From Schmidtea nova (taxonomy: Eukaryota), in contig CM097883.1 in NCBI GenBank assembly GCA_044892505.1, forward strand, positions 448,632,001 through 448,696,000: a DNA stretch of 64,000 nucleotides. Reading direction: 5' to 3'. The translations under genes were made by a program, and so were the position numbers. Below the pieces are notes generated by a model, which was not told the DNA's origin, made no database searches, and worked only from the letters and a program-made list of their open reading frames with translations. This document shows, in pieces, positions 32,403 through 43,600 of the stretch; position 1 is the stretch's first letter; every line of letters starts with the position of its first letter.

Positions 32403-32882
32403 TTATCTCCGAAACAGGCTATGTAATTCGCTGTTAATCGGTTTCTGACGGAGACGAGCCCAAGAGAATGAGGGTTGTCCTTTCTGGCACTCCTTGCCGA
32501 ACGGTTTTCGTGGCAGGAATTCGTGTAGGCCTAGTTGGCATAGTTCCCGACGAGGGATATGCCCCCAATAAATTACACGGCTTGTCTGTCCATCGGTGTC
32601 CTTGATCAGTACGACAAGTCGGCCAAATTTGTTTGAGTACGGCCTTTGAGAAATCGGCCAGTTCGGTCCTCCTCGATAGAGTATTTGGTCGTGCCCTCCT
32701 GTCCATATCGAGAACGGGCATTTTCGGCCAAACCCCTGTCGCCACTTATACATTTGGCAGTTGAGGGTTCGCAATATCGATGCTGGTAGATCCTTGAGCT
32801 GCGAGATATTTTCATTCCGCAGATTCCCTTGCTCCATATTCCGTAGTTGCGTTAATTGATTTGTAAGTTCAGCTGTCGACAT
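32403..32882 (-). CDS. LTR-encoded ORF L1 (159-aa version); 5' LTR copy
   Basis: As 5999-6439 plus TGGHDQILYRGGP. Confidence 0.65.
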   Translation of the reverse strand: MSTAELTNQLTQLRNMEQGNLRNENISQLKDLPASILRTLNCQMYKWRQGFGRKCPFSIWTGGHDQILYRGGPNWPISQRPYSNKFGRLVVLIKDTDGQTSRVIYWGHIPRRELCQLGLHEFLPRKPFGKECQKGQPSFSWARLRQKPINSELHSLFRR

Positions 32883-33043
32883 CTATATTACATTTATTGG
32901 ATATAAATATGAGTTAAGGGGGAAATTCGTTGATAATTTAATTATGTTGCATATAATCACAACAGTTAAAAAATGAGATTAATTTTATTTCTCTCCGCCG
33001 TGATCTACCACGGTCGGAATAAAGAGTTCATAATTAGTCCTGT

Positions 33044-33146
33044 GCTATATACAGCATTCAGGAATTATCAAATTTAATCAAGATTTCCGCGCTATATACA
33101 GCGATCGGAGAATAACTTGGGAAACCGCATCATATACGACGATCGG
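33044..33146 (-). promoter_or_regulatory. Three repeated TATATA-containing motifs in the LTR, candidate promoter (also at ~6601-6703)
   Basis: gctatatacagc at 33044 and 33091, degenerate gcatcatatacgacgatcgg at 33127; 160-260 nt upstream of the L1 ATG. The promoter role is inference. Confidence 0.35.
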
Positions 33147-34589
33147 CCTATTTTTAGTAACTAATTTAATTTGGATTTTCCGACGCATTCCATCGCGATC
33201 GGAATTTATCGATATTAAAATTTTGTAGGCGAAATGCTGATTCCGAATGAAATCGGACTTTGGACTACGTTGGATTTTCTCATTCCAACGAAATTATTCA
33301 AATTTATTTTAGTTGTTGCTCACTGTTTTCCATGCGGGAGGTTCCCTTTCGATTCAATTTACCAAAAATTTAAAGACTGGGCATGCCCTACCATGGGGTG
33401 TCCCTCCTTATCCATCCGCCCTCCGCAATCTACATATTTGGCCCTCGACCTTCGTCCGTTGTGCAACCCAAAATTAAATAATTTGCAAATGGTCTGTATT
33501 AGACTAAAAATTCAATCAAATTTTCTAGATAAAACTTCACATCTAAATTAAATAATAAAAAGGTTGAACCGCCATGTGAGACCGTGAGGCCCCACAACGA
33601 CGACTCGGACTCCCTCGCCGCGTGAGCAGCATAGGAAGTATAGCTATATGCATGAAAAATAATCAATGAAAAAATAAAATAACGTTTACATATAAGATTT
33701 TAATTAAATAAAAAATCATGGGTACATAAAAAATAACAATCAAAATTACGTTCCGTACCTGAATTCTGTTTTTTCAAAAAATTCTCGCTTCGTTAAATGA
33801 AATGTTACTTAAATCAAAGTTTAGTCTTGATTGTAAGTGAAATGTAAAACGTCTTAAGTTGAGTTATGATTTTTGGATCGGTATTTATACTGATCCGTCT
33901 GGTTGGATTGACCAATCAGGATCAGGCCGTCCATCAAAGTATTTTTATTATTTTATTCTAATCTAAACATTATTTTGTTTCCTTTTCCGGTTTCTCGCTG
34001 GGTGGTCCTGATTTTCCAAGTAATTAATTAATTATTTGTACTATTATTTTATTTAATTCTATTTTTTCTTATTTCAGGCCCCCTTTTGCGGTTGTTTACC
34101 GGTTTATTTTCAAAATTTCCTTTTACTGAAAATTTATCAATTATTATTTGTCGTTTTATTGTTATTTTTAATTTGTTTTTCTTGCTATTTTTATTTTTAT
34201 TATTTCTTTATTGTTTCATGCTTTTGTTCGTTTTATTGTGTTTTTAGGTGATTTGGCGGGCCCAACAAAAGTAATTTTTGTAAAGTTGGGTTGTTAAAAC
34301 TTTTATTGTGATAACAATTTAATTGTTAATAATTGCTTGATTTTATTATTTTGTTTATATTGTTTTCGCATCACATAGCATACACCCCGAGTGTCTGCAC
34401 ACAATTGCCACAAGACTCTCTCGGGCGCTTACATTTCTCTTCGTACATACTTACAAATATCATATAAACAGTAAAAGACTCATATACTAACAATATATAG
34501 CTATACTTAATTATAATAAAACGTCCAACATAACAAACTAAATAAGAACAGACTCTAAAGACTTTTAAAACAACGTAAATATCAACTTT

Positions 34590-34593
<4 letters not shown>

Positions 34594-34652
<59 letters not shown>
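34594..34652. repeat. (TA)n microsatellite
   Basis: Pure TA run of about 59 bp. Confidence 0.95.
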
Positions 34653-34655
<3 letters not shown>

Positions 34656-34867
34656 ATAACTTTCCAAAATTAAATTCAAATTAATTGAATATTTATTTAG
34701 TTAATTTGAATTAAAATTTAGAAAGTTAAATAATTATTAATATTTAATATTTGATTATAAATAAATAATTTTAAATAATTATTTATAATCAATATCACTA
34801 ATTCCTATAATGGTAAGACTATAGATCAAAATTTCTTTAAATAAGTAAACAATATTATAATACACAA

Positions 34868-37800
34868 TTGATAAAGGCTGTGCCAAAATATTGTTTTCAC
34901 TTGGCTTTGAAAACCTTAATTTTACCCGATATATTTATCAATAAATTAAACAATGTTATTAATGAGATGGGGTCTGTCAAAGTACAATTTTCTGTTGACG
35001 TAGAGTTTGAAAAAGTTGGTGAATTTCAATCATCCATCATTTTAAACTCTGCAAGATCAATGAGTGATACCTTTTTAGATGAAGGTATCACTCTTTTAAA
35101 TGAAAAAATATCTTTAATTAATGAAAGGGGAAGTAATTGGATTATTAACAAAGTTAATGAAATCCATTTTGTTTTAACTAAATTTGCCCAAATTAGTCGA
35201 TTAAGTGGCAGAGGTCATGTAAATACCCCAATTTCTTTATTACCAAAACATTGTACTGTAAATGTAATTAATTACAATGATTTGTGTTTCATTTATATTT
35301 TTTGACTATTTTGAAATATGATGAGGTAGATAATAATGGAAATAGAGCAAATAATTATAACATTAATGATCTTGACTTTGACCATTCTAAAATGCCCATG
35401 AGACTTTGTAATATTCCAAAATTTGAGGCTAGAAATCCCGGACTTGCTTTTAACGTTCTTTTCTACGATGATGATATTTTACTTGATACAATGGCAAACA
35501 CAGAAAATCTTTAAACATCCTTGTGTTGACATTATCCACAGATCGAAAGTTGTTGAAGGTACTCCTATTAACTTGATTTTGTTGGAAAGTGGTGAATGGC
35601 TTTTGAATTATCGCAATAACTATTTTTCAGATACTCGCGTACAAAGTATATGGATTTCGAAAATCTGAAGCATTTAATTGTCATCAAGAGTTGTGTGCTA
35701 AATATCAAATGGGCACAACTCTTTATACTTTACCAAGAAATAAAAATTTACAATTTTCTAATTGGTCTAAAACAATAACTCCACCTTTTGTAGTTAACGC
35801 CGATTTTGAGGCAATCTTACCTGCTGATGATAAATATTTTCAAAGACACGTCTCAATATCTGCCGATCTTTCACTTGTAAATAATTTTACTTGAGAAAAG
35901 ATTTACAATAATTTCCTAGAACTTGATTGTGTTTCGAGGTTTCTTTCTGAGATTAGAGATATTTCTGAAACTATTGTTTATACCTTTTTCAAAACTAATT
36001 ACGAGAAACCTCTTTTTATGAGCGTGGCTCATCAGCAATTCTTTTCTTCTGATACTTCTTGCCCGCTGTTTTTCATAATTTAAAGGTCTATGATTTGCAT
36101 CATATTCTTAAATATGGTTTGGCTAATTTTAAAACTTGGAAGATTCTTTGTATTCATACAACTAGTGAAAAATTCTTGACATTGTCTGTAAGGGTCGATG
36201 ATTTAACCATTAAATTCATTGACTCTTGTTAGTTTGTTAATTCTAGCTTAAATGACGCTGTTAAGACTCTTACTTGTTTGCCTTTGACTCGCTCAGAATT
36301 CACAGGGACTATTGTTGATTGTAAAGGTATTTTTCCTTAGAGTTTTTCCACATCTTTAGAAATTCTTAATGATTACTTCAGTTTCGAAAACCAATAAAAT
36401 AAAACCGAAGTCTTATTTTATTCATTGACTCTTGTTAGTTTGTTAATTCTAGCTTAAATGACGCTGTTAAGACTCTTACTTGTTTGCCTTTGACTCGCTC
36501 AGAATTCACAGGGACTATTGTTGATTGTAAAGGTATTTTTCCTTAGAGTTTTTCCACATCTTTAGTAATTCTTAATGATACTTACGAATTACCACCAATC
36601 TGGGAAGGTGTTACTCAAACCGAATATGACAAGGCATTGGTGATTTGGAGGGAATCACAGTGTCAAATTCTTTGTGACTATGATGATCTACCTTAAACTG
36701 GATGTCTTTCTTCTTGCCGACTTCTTTCTACAGTTTAAGGCAAAATCTAGCTCACAATCGACTTGAACCTTTGATTTCTTTGGGAATTCCAGGTATCTCG
36801 TGGACTTCTGCACTTATTACCTTGAATGAACCTATTGAGTTGCTCCAGGATATGAAGATTTATAATTTTTCGAAGGGGGATCTGTGATGGTTTGACATTT
36901 GTAAACAAGCACCATGTAGTATCCTCCGAAACGACTGAATTGCTTTACATTGATATTAATAATTTATACAAGTGGGCTTTAAGCCAAAAATTACCACATG
37001 GTAATTTTAATTGTATCACAGACCAAAATAAATAAAATAAATAAATAAAATTAATGGTTGCCGATTTGTTTACTTTAACTTATGGTGTGACTGTTGAAGT
37101 GAATCTTGAAATCCTTTAATAAATTCACGATAAATTAAATGATTTCCCGGTTGCAGCAGAGAAAATGTGTGCTACGGGTTCAAAAGTTGAGAAGCTGATG
37201 CTGATGCATTATCAAAAGTTCAACTATATTGTTAATCAGAGGCTTCTCAAGCTTTTTCTTTCTTTGGGTGTCAAAATAATTAGAGTTCATCGGGCTGTTC
37301 AGTACAAACAGAAACCCATTTTTAAAAATTATATTAGCACAAACACTCAACTTAGGGCAGCTTCTTCTACAGCTCTTGATAAAAACTATTACAAACTCTT
37401 GAATAATAGTCTCTATAGAAAGACTGTTGGAAACCTTAAGAAAAGACTTAATATAAGGTTATGTAATTCAGCATCAAAACTGATTACATATACATCCAAA
37501 CTGACTTTTCGCAAAACTTAAAAAAATTGACGACGACTTGATTTCTGAGCTTCTTAATAAGGATTCTATGTGTTTACCCAGTTACATTGGTCGAACTGTA
37601 CTGGAACTATCTAAACTTGGAATGTATCAACTCTAGTATGAAGAATTACAGCAATACCGTAATAAATTCAACTGCTAGATTAATATAGTAGCTGGATACT
37701 GACTTTCTTCTTGGAGGTTAAGTATTGTAAGTTGAAAACTCTTTTATCTGCTATGGTTAGGATAGGCTATTAGATACCCCGAATTATGACCCAAATCGTC

Positions 37801-38140
37801 CATTGTACTTGAAAACGTAGATTCTGTCATTGGAAAATTCAAAGATGAAAATAAAGGACTCAAGTAAAGGGAGTGGGATTTTCTGAGACCCAAATTTTAT
37901 AGTCTTTTAGGTGAAAAAGAGAGCATTAAAGCTAAGAGTATAACATTGAAGGGAACTGACCTGAACATCAGTCGTACCTAAATTGTTATAATTATAATGC
38001 AATAGTTTCTGTTGCTTAATCACGAATAGTTAGTAAAAATCATCAACCTTTTACTAAAAAATCCTATAAAATTGCTTTGACTAACCTTGACGATAAAAGT
38101 CTTTGGATGGAGGAAAATGAAAGTCTTACATATGGACATT
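34868..38140 (+). pseudogene. Decayed protein-primed B-family DNA polymerase (Polinton/Maverick/adintovirus-like)
   Basis: Fragments in order: ERGSNWII, VNVINYNDLCF, PFVVNADFEA (ExoI), HNLKVYDL (ExoII), KFIDS, PGISWTSAL, LLYIDINNLY...LSQKLP (motif A), YKLLNNSLYRKT (motif B), IGKFKDE, LRPKFYS, DDK...YGHY; many stops and frameshifts. Confidence 0.8.
36215..36579 (+). repeat. ~160-bp direct duplication inside the polB relic, with a 46-bp spacer
   Basis: ttcattgactcttgttag...aattcttaatgat at 36215-36373 and 36421-36579. Confidence 0.9.
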
Positions 38141-38989
38141 ATAAGGGATGTGACTCGTTTATAGACCAATCAAATGATCAGGTTAGTGTTCTAGATTCGA
38201 ATCCATCACTCAATTCAAATTATATTTCAGATTTAGATTTGTAATGAATAAAACTTTGTTAAAAATATTTGGTTTTATTATATTTAGTTTTATATTTATT
38301 TAGTTTATTATTTTTAATCATTTTCAAAATTTTTATGTATTGTCAAGATTTGAAACGGTCTGGTTTTATCGTTCGGGGTTTTCACCTGATTAGTGTAATA
38401 TTTTTATGATTTGTTTAAATTGTTTTTATTTAATGTAAAATTAATTATTTCGGTTTACAAATATTAATAAATTTCATCTGTTCTTGCAGTTGACCTCTGT
38501 TGAATCGTGTGTAAAATTTCGACTATTTTCACAATTCTCTCAATAATTCCATCCATTTTCATAGTTCTCACACTCGAATTTCTAAAGCTATCAGTTAAAA
38601 ATATGTGGAACAACTACTGGAAATGTAAGTCAATCAATTAAAACAAAAGTGTTATTCGATAGTAAAACCCCGTGTAGGTTACGGGTAATGATTAATGTTT
38701 TGTATGTTTTGAAGTTACCAACAGTAGTCACGGAGGTTACACAATGGTATATTTATCTTAGCAATAGATACTTCAGGAATTATATATTGAAACGTGTATT
38801 TACCTTAGCAACAGGTTCCAAGGGAACTACACATTAATGTATGTGTTTAACCGAGCAATAGGTTCCACAGGGATTATAATTATTATATGTGTTCACCTTA
38901 ACAACATCTTACCCTGATACTATATACTGGTGTGAATGTTTACTTTAGCAACCTTTGCTATGTGAAAAAAGTGGTATCAAGTCCTCACT

Positions 38990-39804
38990 TTTCCCTTCTG
39001 AAATAGTATAGACTGATAAAGTTAAATTTATCGATTTTTGTGGACCATTTAATTAGATAATACATGGCAAGCAATATATTTTAACAATTATAGATCAATT
39101 TAGCAGATATACTTTGCTGACAGCAGTGACACCTCAAAATGAAAAGGCAACCGATAAAGTTTTAAGAGCAAACTGGATATTGAAATTTGGAGCTCCTAAG
39201 ACAATTCATTTGGATAAATGTAATTTAATTTGAATCACAAGTGCTGTTAGAATTATTGAATTCACACCATATTGCAATAAGATATTAAAGTTCTTATCAT
39301 CATAACACAAATGGGTTAGTTGAGAGACAATTTAAAACCATAAGAGTAGATATAGCTATTACGTTAAAAGAGAAACGATACAAGATTGGTCAGAAATATT
39401 ACCAGATGTTGAATTCATGGTAAATGCAACAATACAGCAGACAACGGGATTTTCACCTGCAGAAATACTATTTGGTCGTAAGATATGCCGACAACGGGCT
39501 GAAACGCAAAATTTGAATTCAAAACGTATCGATATTGAGGAAGGAAGAGAAAATAAGAGAGTGAAAGAAATTATAAATAAACAAAATATAGAAACAAATA
39601 AAAATCCAGTTACTTCTAGAAATTTCAAGATTGAAGATTATGTATTAGTGAAGCGAGGAAATTTAAAAAAGATGTATGAACGTTATCAAGGACCGTATGA
39701 AATTATAGAACAGATCCATGAAAGAAGCTATAAACTGAGAGATACAAATGGAAATGAAATAATTCAAAATGAAGAATGACTCAAGGTTTTTAAAAAGGAG
39801 GGGA
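38990..39804 (+). mobile_element. Decayed Gypsy integrase fragment ending in a polypurine tract
   Basis: IDFCGPF, YILTIIDQFSRY, NGLVERQFKT, NATIQQTTGFSPAEILFG, YQGPYEII; aaaaaggagggga at 39792-39804. Confidence 0.8.
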
Positions 39805-40680
39805 TATAAAGAATAAGTAAATTAATTAAATTAACTTATTATGTAATAATAGTTCAAAATCATATTTTGAAGAGTAGAGGTTATTTATGATGCTTGATTG
39901 TTGTGTTTGAATGTTGGTATGTATGTGCGTTTGCAAGTATTATATATCAATAGTGACTTAACTAACAAACTAACTTTTTAGATATTATGCAATAAATTCT
40001 TAAATTCATCATAGAATGCCTTTATTTTAATTATATTGATTTTTAAAATGAAACCAATGTAATCAGCGCTCTAATATTTCCACACATTTTCACGTCTTAC
40101 CACATGGCTTCAATGTTTCAAAGCTTCTAGTACTTATCACCTTGTCGACTTCTTTCAATAATTCTTGATGACGTTTAAATGGAGAGACTGTGAAGGTCTG
40201 TCCAAAGTTGCCATTCAGATACGTTTTCACGGTATATGCAGTATATTTCGAATCATTTTCATGTTGTTGAAGCCAGGAACGGTATCCGAAACGTCATTTT
40301 ATTCATGGTTAAAGTTGTTTAGCAAGATTCCTTTGCATTTGTGTTGATCTATAATACTTAATGCGGCCAATTGGTCCTGGATCAACGTTTGTCATCTATG
40401 CACAAACAGTAACTTTATTTCCACTACCCTATACTGCTAGACGGTGCATTCAGGATCCAATATTTCACTAGAATGGCATCTAGAGCATTGTTGTACATTA
40501 TGGCCACCCGCTTAGTAACGTGGCTACTTGCGCGTGGATGTCTAGGGCGGTTTTTTTGTATTTAGTAAAATCATTTAATTATATTTTCTGTTATTATAAA
40601 TTGCAAATGCACCTTTCGAAAAAAATGAATTCCGAACAAACAGTCGAAAATACATAACAAAAATGATTTGAAATAAATTT

Positions 40681-43600
40681 ATAATAATATAATTATAATT
40701 AATAATATAATTTATAATGATTTTAAAGTTTCATTAACAGTCCCGGACCTCGGTATAAACCAATTGGATAGCTGCCTAGGGCTAAGGAGTTAACGGGGTC
40801 CTCGGTCAGGGGAATGCAAATAATTGGGGTGAATAATAGCAACCTAACAATGAGTGGTCAAGTGAATGGAATTAATGAGATCTTTACTACCATTCGGATA
40901 ATTCGCCTAAGTAAGCTGTTAAAGATAAGATATCATAATTCATAACAATTTAACAAATTAAAATATCTATTTTTAAAACAGTGCCAACTTGATAATATTT
41001 AAACAAGGTTAATTATTGAACATCACTCTCCTCCTCTTCATTTTTTTTGAATCTCTTCAGCCATTTAATTCTTCTTGATTTGATTGAGTTTGGAAATTGT
41101 AATTCAACTTGTCTTGGTGATAAGAATTTTAAAATTTTGTAAGGTCCTTCATATTGGATTCCCTCCTTCTTTCGTCTATGTGGTTCCAAGCGAACTAATA
41201 CTTTCTCTCCCACCGTAAAAACTCGAGTACCCCGGTGTTCTAAATCTCTATTTTGCATTGTTGAGGCTGCTTTCTCTAGATTAGATTTTGTTTTATCCAC
41301 GATTTCTTCTTTGCTTTTTGTATATGTCCTAATCTAGAATATAAATTAATCTTCCGACCATATACAATTTCAAAAGGTGAGAAATTTGTTGAGTTTTGTA
41401 TTGTAGCATTCAAACTAAATTCAATCTTCGGTAACAACTTGCACCAATTATTTTCTGTTCTAGTCTCTGTCAATGATGCTGCCAACATGTCCCGAACTGT
41501 TCTTATGATTCGTTCTGCTAAAACATTTGATTGATGCTGATATGGTGAACTGAATTCTTGTTTTATACCAAATTTCTCCATCCAATCACGAAACATCGAT
41601 CCTTCAAAAATTCTTCCTCTATCTATAAGAATGCTTTCTGGTCTACCAAAACGATATATCCAATTATTTAAAATGACATTCAAAATTGCTGATTCATCCT
41701 GCGTACTTGTTGCTGATAAGCTGACCAACTTACTAAAACGATCTATTATCACTATCATATATTTCTTACTTGCTTTTGTCTCCATGTATGCAATATCCAC
41801 TACTATCTGTTCTAAAAACCGTTCTCCTGTTCTTGGCAATAAAATTTCCTTTGTTCTTCCTTGATCAATCTTTCTACTAGCACAAATCTTGCATTTATTA
41901 ATACATTCCGTAATACCAATGTTTTTACGTACTTGTCAGGTACTACAACTGCAAGTTTTCCATCTGCATTAGTCATCAATACGTCATCTTGTATCTGTAA
42001 TATTTTTAGATACTTGAATATACTGCTACTGATTGTTTCATAAGATATATGAGCCTCATTTCCATTAAGATGTGATATGATTTCTGAAATAATTTTGTCT
42101 TCGTTTTGCTTCGGTTTAATAATTTTCATAATATTTGAACTTCCTTGTAGACTATTAATGTACCGAGTTCTACATTTTGCCTCTTTAGCATCCTTGTGTT
42201 TCATCTGACAATGAGCGCATATGGCATTATTTAAACGAGACATACCATCTGCATTTCCATGTTCTTCTCCCTTCCTATATTGTAACTCAAAATCGTATTC
42301 AGATAAATTTGCCATCCATGTTTGAAACTGCAGAATTATTGGTTTCTTTGTCGTGTTCATAAACATCAATGCCTTGTGATCCGTTCTGGCTACAAATTTT
42401 CTTCCATATAAATATTGCTTGAAATGTACAATAAACTCGTGAAGTGCCAACAACTCTTTTCTAGTGACACAATATTCCATTTCATGTGTTGTCAAATGTC
42501 TTGAACCATACGCTATTACTCCCTCAGTACCATCTTCCTTAATCTTTGATAAAACTGCACCTATGGCTCCAAAACTAGCATCCGTATCAAGAATAAATAG
42601 TCGATCTGCCCTTGGAAAGTCTAATATTGGTGCTTCACACAAGAGTTTCTTTAAATTGATAAAACATTTTCTACATTCTTCAGTCCAAACAATAATTTTA
42701 TAGTTTCCTGTTGTTGCGGCATACAAAGGTGCTGCTATCATTGAATAACTTTTGATAAACCACCGATAATAATTAGTTAAACCTAAGAATGACCTCAATT
42801 CTGTAACACTATTCGGTTCAGTTGCATTTTCAATTTCTGAAATCTTTTTTTTGTTTGTTTGAATTCCCTTTTCACTCACTGTATGACCAATGAAATTTAA
42901 TACGCTTTTATGGAACGCGCATTTCTCGGGATTAACTTTCAAACCGGCATCTCTAATGCGTGTGAATACTTCAAGTAGAAGTTTATCATGAGTTTCCTGA
43001 TTTTCAGCATATATTAAAATGTCATCAAGATAGACAACCACTCCTTTGAAAATTAATCCTTCCAATATCTTATGCATCAGTTTCTGAAAAGTGGCAGGAG
43101 CTGTTGATAAACCAAATGGTAACCTGTTAAAACAGAATTGTCCCTCTTTTGTACTAAATGCCGTATTGGTTTGGGAATTTTCATGCAACTCTACCTGATA
43201 ATAGGCTTGACCTAAATCAATTGATGAAAATATCTTTGACTTACCGAGACAGTCCAATAATAACTGCATGTCTGGCATCGGGAATGAAAACTTTTCTGTA
43301 ACTGAATTTAATAGCCTAAAATCTAGACACATTCTTATAGAGCCATCCGGTTTTCCAACTATTACTAGTGGTGTGTTCCACGGACTCTGACATTTTCTCA
43401 CAACTCCAGCTTCTAATAAATTCTGTATTAACTCCTAAATTTTGACTTCTAAATGCATGGGTTGTCTTCTTGGATTTTGTAAAATTGGAGGACCCGAAGT
43501 CGTTAATTCATGTGTTATTACTTTTGTATGACCTAAGTCAAATCTGGATGCCATAAAAATGTTGCTAAACCTAGATATTAAAGTACCCAACTTCGAATTC

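Larger units (their letters stand above)
4750..34267 (-). mobile_element. Giant (29,518 bp) full-length Ty3/Gypsy-type LTR retroelement / candidate endogenous retrovirus with envelope and accessory genes
   Basis: Two near-identical ~3.1-kb LTRs with TG...CA ends, 4-bp TSD, tRNA-Pro-like PBS, uninterrupted 5649-codon ORF with Gag, protease (DTG), RT (YIDD), RNase H and integrase in Gypsy order. Confidence 0.97.
31154..34267 (-). repeat. 5' LTR (3114 bp)
   Basis: Direct repeat of 4750-7824 with an extra 39 bp (32665-32703) and at least one substitution (34182 vs 7739). Confidence 0.97.

Noticed and set aside
34371-34679. 102-aa ORF with YIYIYI repeat
   Set aside because: Translation of the (TA)n microsatellite.
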